A stretch of 64,000 bases of DNA, taken from an uncultured Candidatus Rokubacteria bacterium (lineage in GTDB: Bacteria; Methylomirabilota; Methylomirabilia; Rokubacteriales; CSP1-6). The stretch is taken from contig CAVVEU010000024.1 in assembly GCA_963747235.1 (NCBI GenBank), positions 256,001-320,000 on the forward strand. The letters are read 5' to 3'. The notes under the pieces were generated by a model. That model searched no databases, had not been told where the DNA came from, and saw only the letters and a program-made list of their open reading frames with translations. This document shows positions 35,744 through 49,371 of the stretch, piece by piece. The position numbers and the translations under genes are program-made. The number at the start of each line of letters is the position of its first letter. The first letter of the stretch is position 1.

Positions 35744-35753
35744 GCCGCCCCTG

Positions 35754-36542
35754 GTGCCGCCGCGCGTTCGCGTTTCCATCCGGGACCTCGCGAAGACCTT
35801 CAGCCAGGGCCCTCGCGAGGTCCCCGCCGTCTCGCCGGTCTCCTTCGACGTCCACGAGCGTGAGTTCGTGGCCATCGTGGGCCCGTCCGGCTGCGGCAAG
35901 TCCACCATCCTGAACATGATCGGCGGCCTCGTCGCGCCGTCCGGCGGGGAGATCGTGGTGGACGGCCAGCGGGTCACCGGCGCCCCGCCGTCCCAGGTCG
36001 GCTACGTCTTCCAGAAGGACACCGTCTTTCCCTGGCGGACCGTCGAGCGCAACATCGCGCTCGGCCTCGAGTACCGCAACGTGCCGGCCGCGGAGCGGGC
36101 CACCCGCGTGCGCCAGGCGATCGCGCTGGCCGGGCTACAGGGCTTCGAGGACGCCTTCCCGGCCACGCTCTCGGGCGGCATGCGCCAGCGGGTGGCCCTG
36201 ATGCGCTCGCTGGTGGTGGACCCCGAGATCTTGCTGATGGACGAGCCCTTCGGCGCGCTCGACACCCACACCAAGCTGAGCCTGCACGCCGAGCTGCTGG
36301 CGATCTGGCAGGCGAAGCGGCAGACCGTGATCTTCGTCACCCACGACCTCTCCGAGGCGATCACCCTGGCCGACCGCATCGTGGTGATGACGCGCCGGCC
36401 CGGCCGCATCAAGCTGATCTACGACGTGAAGCTCCCGCGCCCCCGCGACGTCATCCGCATCCGCGAGAGCGACGAATACTCCCGCGAGTACACCGAGATC
36501 TGGCACGCCCTCGGCGAGGAGTTCCGGGCGGTGACCCCATGA
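35754..36542 (+). CDS. NitT/TauT ABC ATPase
   Basis: GPSGCGKST, LSGGMRQRV, MDEPFGALD. Confidence 0.94.
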   Translation: MPPRVRVSIRDLAKTFSQGPREVPAVSPVSFDVHEREFVAIVGPSGCGKSTILNMIGGLVAPSGGEIVVDGQRVTGAPPSQVGYVFQKDTVFPWRTVERNIALGLEYRNVPAAERATRVRQAIALAGLQGFEDAFPATLSGGMRQRVALMRSLVVDPEILLMDEPFGALDTHTKLSLHAELLAIWQAKRQTVIFVTHDLSEAITLADRIVVMTRRPGRIKLIYDVKLPRPRDVIRIRESDEYSREYTEIWHALGEEFRAVTP

Positions 36543-36553
36543 TGGCGCGACCC

Positions 36554-36606
36554 AAACGGTTGTCCGCTACTGGGGGAGTGCGGGGGCCATTTCTGGGCCC
36601 CCGCAT
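36554..36606 (+). repeat. REP-like repeat family A, copy 3
   Basis: AAACGGTTGTCCGCTACTGGGGGAGTGCGGGGGCCATTTCTGGGCCCCCGCAT, inside the ABC operon. Confidence 0.85.
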
Positions 36607-36672
36607 GCAACAGAGGCGGGTCCGTTCGACAGCCCAAATACGGCCAGCTCCGGCAGCAAAACCGGTGGCGCC

Positions 36673-37488
36673 ATGACCCGCGATCGCCTCCGCGTCCTCG
36701 CCTGGCAGCTCCTGATCCTGGTCGCGGTGCTGGCCGCCTGGCAGTACCTGACCGGGATCAAGGCGATCTCGAAGACGCCCGGTCTCTACTGGATCGACCC
36801 GTTCTTCATCAGCCGGCCGTCCGCGATCGTGGAGCGCCTGCTCTACCTCATGTCCCCGAAAGTGCGGCTGACCATCTGGCAGATGGCGCTGTCCACCGTG
36901 CAGTCCACCGTGTGGGGCTTCCTGGTCGGCATCTCCACCGGCTTCGTGGCGGGGCTGGTCCTGGGGCGGAGCGACGGGCTGGCGCGCATCTTCCAGCCCT
37001 ACATCGTGGCCTTCAACTCGCTGCCGCGCATCGCGCTGGTGCCGCTCATCACGATGATCTTCGGCTTCGGCCTGCTCGCCAAGATCGTGCTCGCCTGGAG
37101 CATCGTGTTCTTCATCGTGTTCTTCAACACCTTCCAGGGCGCGCGCAGCGTGGACGCCGATCTGATCCACTCCGCCCGCTTTCTGGGCGCGTCCGAGCGG
37201 CAGATCATGACCAGCGTGATCGTGCCCTCCGCGCTCGCGTGGACCTTCGCGTCCCTGACGCCCTCGATCTCCTTCGCCCTCATCGGGGTGGTGGTCGGCG
37301 AGTTCATCGGGGGCGAATCGGGCGGCGGGCTCGGCTACCTGATCATCCAGTCCCTCGGCACCTTGAACGCGGCCGACATGATGGTGGCGCTCTTCGTGCT
37401 GGGCGTGATCGGGATCGTGATGGCGCTCGGGATCAAGCAGGTGGAGGCGCGCCTGCTGCGCTGGCGGCCGGAGTACCAGAAGCGCTGA
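36673..37488 (+). CDS. NitT/TauT ABC permease
   Basis: LPRIALVP, EAA-like SARFLGAS, VVGEFIG...GLGY. Confidence 0.93.
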   Translation: MTRDRLRVLAWQLLILVAVLAAWQYLTGIKAISKTPGLYWIDPFFISRPSAIVERLLYLMSPKVRLTIWQMALSTVQSTVWGFLVGISTGFVAGLVLGRSDGLARIFQPYIVAFNSLPRIALVPLITMIFGFGLLAKIVLAWSIVFFIVFFNTFQGARSVDADLIHSARFLGASERQIMTSVIVPSALAWTFASLTPSISFALIGVVVGEFIGGESGGGLGYLIIQSLGTLNAADMMVALFVLGVIGIVMALGIKQVEARLLRWRPEYQKR

Positions 37489-37495
37489 CCGCGGG

Positions 37496-38140
37496 TCAGC
37501 GCGCGGTGTAGGCGGTCAGCTCTTCCTCGTAGGCGCCCGCGGCGGTATCGGTGCCGCGTACCTTCACCCAGCCTTTCACCGCCGCGCTGTACCAGAACTC
37601 CTGCGACGCGCCGCTCTCGATCTCGCGCCGCGAGACCTTGAAGGCCTTGAAGGTTCCCGCGGGCGTCTTGACCTCCTCGTAGGCCTCCACCGTCCAGACG
37701 CCGGTGAGGAGGAAGCGCTGGTCCTGCGCGGGCCCGTCCACCCACGTCACGGTGGCCGACCACGACCGGCCGACCTGGAGCGGCCACTGCCAGTCCTCGG
37801 GCGGCATGGCGCGCCGCACCGTCCGGTCGCCGGTGACGCGCGCCAGGTAGCCGAGCTGCTTCGTGTACCAGTAGCGCGAGTCGCCCGCCTCGACCTCGTA
37901 CGCGTCGTAGCCTTCGAAGACGCCCTCGCGCAGCACCCGCCGGGTGATCGTGTAGGCGCCGTCGCGGCCCTTGCCGCGATACGTCCAGGACTCGCCCGCG
38001 GTCCAGCGGGGGCGCTCCGAGACCTGAACGGTCCGCGACTCCCCGGTGCTCTCGCAGCCGGCGAGCAGGGCCACGAGGGGGAGCAGCGTGAGCAACCGAG
38101 CGGCCGCGCGATGGGGGCGCATGAGGCTGTCTTCGAGCAT
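37496..38140 (-). CDS. Hypothetical lipoprotein (start may be ATG 38122)
   Basis: Lipobox LLAGC; VKTPAGTFKAFKV motif. Confidence 0.75.
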   Translation of the reverse strand: MLEDSLMRPHRAAARLLTLLPLVALLAGCESTGESRTVQVSERPRWTAGESWTYRGKGRDGAYTITRRVLREGVFEGYDAYEVEAGDSRYWYTKQLGYLARVTGDRTVRRAMPPEDWQWPLQVGRSWSATVTWVDGPAQDQRFLLTGVWTVEAYEEVKTPAGTFKAFKVSRREIESGASQEFWYSAAVKGWVKVRGTDTAAGAYEEELTAYTAR

Positions 38141-38147
38141 ACCGCAC

Positions 38148-38176
38148 TTGACAGGAGCGGCCCCCAGTCCTAGAGA
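38148..38176 (+). promoter_or_regulatory. Sigma70 promoter of the yjbQ-like gene
   Basis: TTGACA-17-TAGAGA. Confidence 0.45.
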
Positions 38177-38197
38177 GGTGTCTCAGGAGGAACGGAC

Positions 38198-38611
38198 ATG
38201 ACCACCACCAGGCCCTCCACCATCGAGCTCGAGACTCGTTCGGCCCGGGAAGTCGTGGACATCACGGAGCGCGTCGACACGCTCCTGGACGGCGCCCCGG
38301 ACGGGAGCTGTCACCTCTTCCTGCGGCACACGACCGCGGGCCTGATGATCCTCACCGGCGAAGAGGGCGTCCCCGAGGACATCATGGACATCCTCCAGGC
38401 CATGGTCCCGCAGCGGGCGTACCGGCACGACTCGGCGGCCCACGTGGGCGCGCACTTCCTGAGTGGCCTGGTGGGGCCGAGCGTGCACGTCCCGGTGCGG
38501 GGCGGCCGGCTCGCCCTCGGCGAGTTCCAGCGGATCGTGCTGATGGAGTTCGAGGGGCCGCGACGGCGGGAGATCGAGCTGCGCCTGCTCCCCGCCGAGC
38601 GAATCGCCTAG
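38198..38611 (+). CDS. yjbQ: YjbQ/UPF0047 family protein
   Basis: VVDITE, HTTAG, YRHD, LGEFQRI, EFEGPRRR. Confidence 0.9.
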   Translation: MTTTRPSTIELETRSAREVVDITERVDTLLDGAPDGSCHLFLRHTTAGLMILTGEEGVPEDIMDILQAMVPQRAYRHDSAAHVGAHFLSGLVGPSVHVPVRGGRLALGEFQRIVLMEFEGPRRREIELRLLPAERIA

Positions 38612-39138
38612 GCGCCGAGGCGCGCGACGTAGGGGAGGTTGCGGTACCGCTCGTCCTTGTCGAGGCCGTAGCCGACCACGAAGACGTCGGGGATCTCACG
38701 GCCCACGTAGTGGAGCGTGAGCCCCTCGGGCCGCGCGCACTGCTTGGCCAGCAGCGCGCAAACCCGGATGGAGGCCGGGTTCCGGGTCTGGAAGTTGCGC
38801 AGGAGATAGGCGAGGGTGCGCCCGCTCGCGCAGATACCCTCCACCACGATGATGTCCCGCCCCTCGATCGGCTCGTCCAGGTCTTTGCGGATCCGGACCA
38901 CGCCGGAGGCGGTCACCGGACCGTAGGGGACCACCGAGATGAAGTCCACCGTCACCGGCACGGTGAGCGCGCGCATGAGATCGGAGAGGAAGATCGCCGA
39001 TCCCTTGAGCACCCCGATGAGGTGGGCCGGGCGATCGCCGTAGTCGGCGGAGATCTGCGCGGCCAGGCGGGCGACCTCGGTCCGGATCGCGTCGCGATCC
39101 ACGAGAACCTCGCCCGGACTGTCGCTCCCGGCCGGCAT
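38608..39138 (-). CDS. hpt: Hypoxanthine phosphoribosyltransferase-like protein with degenerate PRPP loop
   Basis: GVLKGS, VDFI, FVVGYGLD, YRNLPY; EDIIDSG is replaced by EGICASG. Confidence 0.8.
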   Translation of the reverse strand: MPAGSDSPGEVLVDRDAIRTEVARLAAQISADYGDRPAHLIGVLKGSAIFLSDLMRALTVPVTVDFISVVPYGPVTASGVVRIRKDLDEPIEGRDIIVVEGICASGRTLAYLLRNFQTRNPASIRVCALLAKQCARPEGLTLHYVGREIPDVFVVGYGLDKDERYRNLPYVARLGA

Positions 39139-39744
39139 CAGGCGAACCGGGTGGCCCGCAGGAACTCGCGCGACTGCCGGATCAGGTCCCCGGGCACGAG
39201 CCCGGCCCGCTCCCAGCTATCGAAGCACTGCGAGATCGTGAGCACCGCGTGCAGCGTGTAGCCGCGCGCCGCGAGCAGCTCGCGCCCGCCCTGCTCCCGG
39301 TCCACCAGGATGACCAAGTCCTTCACGATCAGGCCCGCCTCTTCCAGAGGAGCGATCGCCTCGAGCTTGCTCGCCCCGTCCGTGATGATGTCGTCGATGA
39401 GCACCACCCGCTCCCCCGCCTTGAACTGCCCCTCGATGCGCTTCCGCGTGCCGTAGCCCTTCTCCTCCCGCCGCGGATAGATGAGGGGCACGCGGCCCGC
39501 CAGGCTGGCCGCGACGGCCAGGGGCAGTCCCGCGTACGGGATGCCGCCGACGCGGTCGCCACCGCAGCGGGCCACCTCCGCGGCCATCAGCGCGCCGATC
39601 TGCTCCAGCACGTCGGGGAAGGAGATGACCACGCGCAGATCGATGTAGAAGGGCGAGACGATGCCCGACTTGAGCGTGAACTCGCCGAAGCGGATCGCCC
39701 CGATCTCGAAGAGGCGGCGGATCAGCGTCTCGTGCGCGGGTCAC
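39138..39744 (-). CDS. pyrE: Orotate phosphoribosyltransferase (5' frameshift)
   Basis: [41 protein letters not shown]. Confidence 0.93.
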
Positions 39745-40456
39745 GACGCCATCTCCCGCAGGATGAGGTCGGCCGCCGCCGCCGGGTCCGGGGCCGCGGT
39801 GATCGGGCGCCCGACCACGAGGTAGTGGGCGCCGGCCTGCGCGGCCGCCCGCGGGGTCGCGATGCGGGACTGGTCGCCCACCGCGCTGCCCGCCGGCCGC
39901 ACCCCGGGCGTGACGATCACCCACGCGGGCCCGCGATTGGTGCGGAGCGCGGCGATCTCGTTGGGCGAGGCCACGCAGCCGTCGAGGCCCGCCGCCGCCG
40001 CCATCCCGGCCAGGTGGAGCACGTGGCCCTCGACGGAGCTCGCCACCCCCAGCTCGCGGCTCAGCGCGCCGCGGTCGAGGCTCGTCAGCACGGTGACCGC
40101 CAGCGCGATGCGGCCTGCGCACGCCCAGCTCCTTCGCGGCGGCCGCCGCGCCCTCCGCCGCCGCGGTCATCATGGCGCGGCCGCCGGAGGCGTGGACGTT
40201 GAACATGAGCACGCCCAGGCGCGCGGCTTCCCGCGCGGCGCCCGCCACCGTGTTGGGAATGTCGTGGAACTTGAGATCGAGGAAGACCTCGGCGCCCCGC
40301 TTGTGGACGCTCTCGACCGCGGCGGGCCCCGCGGCGGTGAAGAGCTGCGATCCGATCTTGAAGCGCGTGACCTGGCCCTGGAGGCGATCCAGGAGCCGCT
40401 CGGCGTCGGCCAGGGTCTCGACGTCGAGCGCGACGATCAAGCGGTCCTTCGGCGGA

Positions 40457-40470
<14 letters not shown>
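39741..40470 (-). CDS. pyrF: Orotidine-5'-phosphate decarboxylase (frameshift near 40113)
   Basis: [32 protein letters not shown]. Confidence 0.94.
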
Positions 40471-43669
<3,199 letters not shown>

Positions 43670-43677
43670 GCGTGCTC

Positions 43678-43944
43678 CTAGGCGTCGATCAGGCCGTAGA
43701 CGATGGACGTCTCGGGGGTGGCCTCGTCCCGCCGGTAGAGCACGTCGTCGAGGCGGCCGTTGCCGATCCACGCCGCTTCGCCGTTGCCCCACAGCTTCTC
43801 GCCGAGCACGCTCATGCGCTTCTCGACGCGCTCCTTCACCGCGTGGGCCTCGAGGCTCAGCTCGCTGTCGGTCGTGAAGACCGCCCAGTCCGGCTTCTGG
43901 CCCGATTCCTCGGTCTTGCGGTAGGCGATGAGATATTTGGGCAT
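43678..43944 (-). CDS. Hypothetical protein, 88 aa, between carA and carB
   Basis: GGGAGG RBS, normal codon usage, fills the gap exactly. Confidence 0.75.
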   Translation of the reverse strand: MPKYLIAYRKTEESGQKPDWAVFTTDSELSLEAHAVKERVEKRMSVLGEKLWGNGEAAWIGNGRLDDVLYRRDEATPETSIVYGLIDA

Positions 43945-43948
43945 CGGT

Positions 43949-45073
43949 TCACCCTCCCTTCGTCATGAGGTCAGCGAAGCGACGGAACAGGTAGTGCGAG
44001 TCGTGCGGGCCCGGCGAGGCCTCCGGGTGGTACTGCACGGAGAAGATCGGCAGCTCGCGGTGCCGCATCCCCTCCGACGTGCCGTCGTTGAGATTGACGT
44101 GCGTCTCCACCAGCCCGAGCTTCTCGAAACCGCGCGGGTCCACCGCGAAGCCGTGATTCTGCGCGGTGATCTCCACCCGCCCGGTGCTGAGGTCCTTCAC
44201 CGGGTGGTTGCCCCCGTGATGGCCGAACTTCAGCTTGAAGGTGCTGCCGCCGAGCGCGAGCCCGAGGATCTGGTTGCCCAGGCAGATGCCGAAGATCGGG
44301 ACCTTCCCGACGAGCCCGCGCACCGTCTCGATGAGATACGGGACCGCCTCGGGATCGCCGGGCCCGTTGGAGAGGAAGACCCCGTCCGGCTTCCGCTCGA
44401 GCACCGCGGCCGCGCGCGTGTCCGCGGGCATCACCTCGACCCGGCAGCCGAGCCCGCTGAGGCAGCGCAGGATGTTCTGCTTGATCCCCGAGTCGAACGC
44501 GATGACCTTGAAGCGGGGCGCGGGCGGCGTGGTGTAGCCGCGCGCCAGGTCCCACGGCCCCTCGTCCCAGCCGTGGGGCTGGGTCACGCTCACCTCGGTG
44601 ACCAGGTCGCGCCCGAGCAGGCCGGGCAGCGCCCGCGCCCGCTCCGCGAGGCGGGCGGCGTCCGGCTCCTCGGTGGAGATGATGCCCTCCTGGGCGCCGT
44701 GATCGCGCAGGTGCCGGGTCAGGGCGCGCGTGTCGATGCCCTGGATCCCGACGATCTGATGCTCGCGCAGGTAGGTGTCGAGCGGCACCCGCGCGCGCCA
44801 GCTCGAGGGGAACGGGCAGGCTTCCTTCACGATGAAGCCGGCCAGCCACGGCCGCCGCGACTCGACGTCCTCCGGATTGATGCCGTAGTTGCCGATCAGG
44901 GGATAGGTCATGCAGACCATCTGCCCCCGGTACGACGGGTCGGTGAGGATCTCCTGGTAGCCGGTCATGGACGTGTTGAACACGACCTCGCCGTGGCTCT
45001 CGCCGGCGGCGCCCAGGGCTTCCCCGCGGAACACGCGGCCGTCCGCGAGCGCGAGCAGGACCGGCCGCGTCAC
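43949..45073 (-). CDS. carA: Carbamoyl-phosphate synthase small subunit
   Basis: GEVVFNTSMTGYQEILTDPSY, SNGPGDP, GICLG, QYHPEASPGP. Confidence 0.98.
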   Translation of the reverse strand: MTRPVLLALADGRVFRGEALGAAGESHGEVVFNTSMTGYQEILTDPSYRGQMVCMTYPLIGNYGINPEDVESRRPWLAGFIVKEACPFPSSWRARVPLDTYLREHQIVGIQGIDTRALTRHLRDHGAQEGIISTEEPDAARLAERARALPGLLGRDLVTEVSVTQPHGWDEGPWDLARGYTTPPAPRFKVIAFDSGIKQNILRCLSGLGCRVEVMPADTRAAAVLERKPDGVFLSNGPGDPEAVPYLIETVRGLVGKVPIFGICLGNQILGLALGGSTFKLKFGHHGGNHPVKDLSTGRVEITAQNHGFAVDPRGFEKLGLVETHVNLNDGTSEGMRHRELPIFSVQYHPEASPGPHDSHYLFRRFADLMTKGG

Positions 45074-46344
45074 GACGCCACCTTGACGCCGCCCACCAGG
45101 GTCATCCACGGCGCGCCCGTGCCGGTGAACCCCGCGAACGGCGTGTTGCGGCCGCGCGAGCGGAACGTGGCCGGATCCACCGTCCAGCTCCGCTCGAGGT
45201 CGAGGATCGTGACGTCGGCGGCGGCCCCGGGGGCGAGGCTGCCGCCGGGCAGGTTCAGGAGCCGCGCGGGGCCGGTGCTGAGCCGGGTCACCAGGGTCGG
45301 GAGGTCCAGCACGCCGGGCCGCACGAGGCGATCGAGCAGCAGCGGCACCGCGGTCTCGAGGCCCACGATGCCGTTGGCGGCCTCCGCGAACTCGCCCTCC
45401 TTCTCGGAGAGCGCGTGCGGCGCGTGGTCGGTGGCCACGCAGTCGATGGTGCCGTCCACCAGGGCTTCCAGGCACGCCTCGACGTCGCGCTTGCCGCGGA
45501 GCGGGGGCGCCATCTTGCAGTTGGAGTCGTAGCTGCGCACCACCTCGTCGGTGAGCAGCAGGTGATGCGGGGTCACCTCCGCGGTCACCCGGACCCCGCG
45601 CGCCTTGGCGTCGCGCACGAGCCGCACCGCGCCCGCGGTCGAGATGTGCGCGATGTGCAGGTGCGCGCCGGTCAGCTCGGCGAGGATGATGTCGCGCGCC
45701 ACCATCACGTCCTCGGCGGCGGCGGGCTGGCCCAGGAGGCCCAGCTCGGTGGAGACGAACCCCTCGTGCATGGCCCCGCGGTGCGCGAGCTCGCAGTCCT
45801 CCGCGTGGCTGATGATCGGCACGCCGAAGGGCAGGGCGTACTCCATCGCCCGGCGGTACAGCTCCGCGTTCATCACGCACTTGCCGTCGTCGGAGAAGGC
45901 CACGCAGCCCGCCTCGGCCTGCTCGGCCAGCTCCGCGAGCTGCGTGCCTTCGAGGTTGCGGGTCACCGCGCCGATGGGGTAGACGCGGACGACGCCTTCC
46001 ACCTTCGCGCGGGCCAGGATGTAGTCGGTGACCGCGCGGTTGTCGTTGACCGGGAAGGTATTGGCCATGCACGCGACCGCGGTGAAGCCGCCCGCCGCGG
46101 CGGCCCGCGTCCCGCTCGCGATGGTCTCCTTGTACTCGAAGCCCGGCTCGCGCAGGTGCACGTGCATGTCGATGAAGCCCGGGCACACCACCTTGCCGGT
46201 CGCGTCCACCGTCTCGGCGCCCGCGGGGGTCTTCAGGCCTCGGCCCACCTTGTGGATGCGGCCGTCGGCGATCCAGACGTCCTGGACCGCGTCGGTGCCG
46301 CCGGCCGGATCCACCACGCGCCCGCCCTTGATCAGCAGGTTCAT
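45070..46344 (-). CDS. pyrC: Dihydroorotase
   Basis: [24 protein letters not shown]. Confidence 0.97.
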   Translation of the reverse strand: MNLLIKGGRVVDPAGGTDAVQDVWIADGRIHKVGRGLKTPAGAETVDATGKVVCPGFIDMHVHLREPGFEYKETIASGTRAAAAGGFTAVACMANTFPVNDNRAVTDYILARAKVEGVVRVYPIGAVTRNLEGTQLAELAEQAEAGCVAFSDDGKCVMNAELYRRAMEYALPFGVPIISHAEDCELAHRGAMHEGFVSTELGLLGQPAAAEDVMVARDIILAELTGAHLHIAHISTAGAVRLVRDAKARGVRVTAEVTPHHLLLTDEVVRSYDSNCKMAPPLRGKRDVEACLEALVDGTIDCVATDHAPHALSEKEGEFAEAANGIVGLETAVPLLLDRLVRPGVLDLPTLVTRLSTGPARLLNLPGGSLAPGAAADVTILDLERSWTVDPATFRSRGRNTPFAGFTGTGAPWMTLVGGVKVAS

Positions 46345-47267
46345 GCGCTCTTGCTCCCGGCGAGCATGTAGAGCACCGCCATGCGCACCGCGACGCCGTT
46401 CGAGACCTGGTCGAGGATGACCGAGTAGGCGCTGTCCGCCACCTCGGGGGCCAGCTCGACGCCGCGGTTCACCGGGCCCGGGTGCATGATCAGCACGTCG
46501 GGCCGGCAGTGCTCGAGCTTGGCCAGGGAGAGCCCCCACACCCGCGAGTACTCGCGGAGGGACGGGATGAAGCCGCCCTGCATCCGCTCGTGCTGCAGGC
46601 GCAGCATCATGATCACGTCGGCGTGGGCGATCGCTTCCTCCAGGCGGTGGCTGACCTTCACGCCCAGCTCCTGGCACTGGGCCGGGATCAGGGTGGGCGG
46701 GCCCGCCACCGTCACCGTGATGCCCATCTTCCGCATGCCGTGGATGTCGGAGCGCGCGACGCGGCTGTGGGTGATGTCGCCCACGATCGTGACGTTGAGC
46801 CCTTCCAGGTGCCCCTTCTTCTCCCGGATCGTCATGAGGTCGAGCAGGGCCTGGGTCGGGTGCTCGTGGGCGCCGTCGCCCGCGTTGATCACCCCGCAGC
46901 GCAGGTGCCGGGCCAGGAGCGCGGGGGCGCCCGCGGCCTTGTGGCGCACCACCACCACGTCGGGGCTCATGGCCTCGATGTTGCGCGCGGTGTCGAGCAG
47001 GCTCTCGCCCTTGTCCGCGCTCGAGCCGGAGGCGGAGAAGTTGATCACGTCGGCGGAGAGCCACTTGCCCGCGATCTCGAACGAGGTGCGGGTGCGGGTG
47101 GACGACTCGTAGAAGAGATTCACCACCGTCTTGCCCCGGAGGGTGGGGACCTTCTTGATCTCGCGCGTCGCGATCTCCTTCATCGAGACCGCGGTGTCGA
47201 GCACGCCGATGATCTCGGCCGCGTCCAGGTCCTGCATGCCGAGCAGATCCTTGCGCTTCCAGCTCAT
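46341..47267 (-). CDS. pyrB: Aspartate carbamoyltransferase
   Basis: [32 protein letters not shown]. Confidence 0.98.
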   Translation of the reverse strand: MSWKRKDLLGMQDLDAAEIIGVLDTAVSMKEIATREIKKVPTLRGKTVVNLFYESSTRTRTSFEIAGKWLSADVINFSASGSSADKGESLLDTARNIEAMSPDVVVVRHKAAGAPALLARHLRCGVINAGDGAHEHPTQALLDLMTIREKKGHLEGLNVTIVGDITHSRVARSDIHGMRKMGITVTVAGPPTLIPAQCQELGVKVSHRLEEAIAHADVIMMLRLQHERMQGGFIPSLREYSRVWGLSLAKLEHCRPDVLIMHPGPVNRGVELAPEVADSAYSVILDQVSNGVAVRMAVLYMLAGSKSA

Positions 47268-47271
47268 CGTC

Positions 47272-47856
<585 letters not shown>

Positions 47857-47891
47857 TTACCGATCTTCTTCCGATGCCGCATTGTTGATCT

Positions 47892-47926
47892 CTCCTTGCC
47901 GGCCTCGCAGGGCCTGCTTAAAGGAG
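47892..47926 (-). ncRNA. PyrR-binding leader RNA element
   Basis: CUCCUUUAAGCAGGCCCUGCGAGGCCGGCAAGGAG resembles the UUUAA plus ARUCC-NGNGAGGYU PyrR binding-loop pattern. Confidence 0.8.
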
Positions 47927-47945
47927 TGAGTCGTGATGTGCTCGT

Positions 47946-47974
47946 ATGCTACGCCGCGGGGCGCGGCCTGTCAA
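47946..47974 (-). promoter_or_regulatory. Sigma70 promoter of the pyr operon
   Basis: TTGACA-17 nt-TAGCAT. Confidence 0.75.
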
Positions 47975-47984
47975 GGCGGAGCGG

Positions 47985-48164
47985 TCACGAATCGCGCGCG
48001 CCGAGCCATCGCACGAGTCCCACGAGGAAGATCCCGACGCCGACCATCAGGGGAATCCAGTAGCGCGGCACGTGGAGGATCTGCACCAGCACGATGCACA
48101 GGCCAATGAACGCGACGATCGCCCCGGCCATCATGAGCTTGCCGCCCGAATTACGTCCCGCCAT
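47985..48164 (-). CDS. Small two-helix membrane protein, 59 aa
   Basis: GAGGAG RBS; MAGRNSGGKLMMAGAIVAFIGLCIVLVQILHVPRYWIPLMVGVGIFLVGLVRWLGARDS. Confidence 0.65.
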   Translation of the reverse strand: MAGRNSGGKLMMAGAIVAFIGLCIVLVQILHVPRYWIPLMVGVGIFLVGLVRWLGARDS

Positions 48165-48173
48165 GTTCGCTCC

Positions 48174-48920
48174 TCATTTCTCGGCCACCAGGATGAGCCG
48201 GCCCGTCGAGCCCGCGCGATACGGCCGGCCATCGTAGCCGGAGTAGGCCCGGAGGAATCGCAGGCCGACGTCGCGGAGCATCCGCCGCCACTGGGGAAGG
48301 GAGAACTGCTGAAAGCGCAGGGTCTTCTGCGCCACCCACCGCTGCCCGGCGGTGACGATGAGCTGCGTGCTGTCCGTCATCTTCGTGCGCCGATCGAAGT
48401 GGCGCTCCTCGAGCACGAATCGCTTCCGCCCGGTCCGGTACCAGAGGCGCCGCGGCAGGCCCGCGTCGTAGGCCGGGTCGCGGTGGTCCACCAGCAGCCG
48501 GCCACCCGGCCGCAGCGCGCGCGCCATCCGGCGCAGGGTGGCCACGTTCTGGGCGGGCGTGAAGTAGCCGAAGCTCGTGTAGAGATTGATCACCGCGTCG
48601 AATTCCTCGCGAAAGGCGATGCGACGCATGTCGCCTCGCCGGAAGCGCAGGCGCGGCCCCTCGCGGAAGCGGCGCCGGCCCTCCGCGAGCATCGCGCGCG
48701 AGAGATCCACGCCGACCACGCGAAAGCCGCGCCGCGCCAGCAGGGCCGCGTGCCGGCCGTACCCGCAGGGCAGGTCGAGGATGCGCGCGCCCTCGGGCGG
48801 GCGCAGGCTGCGGAGCACGAAGTCCACCTCGAGGCGGGTTTGTCGAACGGGCTTTTCTTCACGCAGCGCCGCGACGTAACTGGCGTCGAAGAAGTGCTTG
48901 AACCAATCCCGCCGGCTCAT
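48174..48920 (-). CDS. Class I SAM-dependent methyltransferase
   Basis: ILDLPCGYGRH, GVDLS, GDMR, LYTSFGYF, LRPGGRL. Confidence 0.92.
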   Translation of the reverse strand: MSRRDWFKHFFDASYVAALREEKPVRQTRLEVDFVLRSLRPPEGARILDLPCGYGRHAALLARRGFRVVGVDLSRAMLAEGRRRFREGPRLRFRRGDMRRIAFREEFDAVINLYTSFGYFTPAQNVATLRRMARALRPGGRLLVDHRDPAYDAGLPRRLWYRTGRKRFVLEERHFDRRTKMTDSTQLIVTAGQRWVAQKTLRFQQFSLPQWRRMLRDVGLRFLRAYSGYDGRPYRAGSTGRLILVAEK

Positions 48921-48953
48921 TCGCGGCGTAGTATACTCCGCCCTGGTCCCCCC

Positions 48954-49295
48954 ATGAGCCGGCTTCACGACGCAGCGCGCACCGAGGCCCGCACGATCGG
49001 CGTGTCGGTCATCCTGTCCGCGGGTTTACGCCGGCTCCAGCCCGGGAGCCCCGACGGACCCCAGCGACACACCCTGGCCGCCGGGGCCACCCTGGGCGAT
49101 CTGCTCGCCGCGATCGGCATCACCGCGGCGACCGATCTCACCGCCGCGGTGGACGGCGAGCTCGCCGAGCGCGACACCCCGCTCCGCGACGGCGCCGAAG
49201 TCATGCTCCTCGTGCCCATGGAAGGTGGAAGTGGCAGGGGGAGCCGCAGCCAAAGGCGAGGCGACCATAAGAAAAGCAGTGAAAGGCTTCTGTAG
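48954..49295 (+). CDS. MoaD/ThiS-family sulfur carrier with C-terminal extension
   Basis: Beta-grasp pattern GATLGDLL...LRDGAEVMLLVPMEGG followed by 21 extra residues. Confidence 0.7.
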   Translation: MSRLHDAARTEARTIGVSVILSAGLRRLQPGSPDGPQRHTLAAGATLGDLLAAIGITAATDLTAAVDGELAERDTPLRDGAEVMLLVPMEGGSGRGSRSQRRGDHKKSSERLL

Positions 49296-49336
49296 TAAAC
49301 GGTAGCAGCAAGGCAGTAAAGACGGTAGCAGCAAGG
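49241..49336 (+). repeat. Dispersed hairpin repeat family B, copy 2, plus tandem 15-bp repeat
   Basis: GAGCCGCAGCCAAAGGCGAGGCGA; ACGGTAGCAGCAAGG at 49299-49313 and 49322-49336. Confidence 0.6.
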
Positions 49337-49371
49337 GCCCCACAACCTCACACCGAAGCGAGGACAACGAC

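Noticed and set aside
49292-49336. Tandem 15-bp repeat as a mini-CRISPR
   Set aside because: Only two units with an 8-nt gap, and no cas genes.
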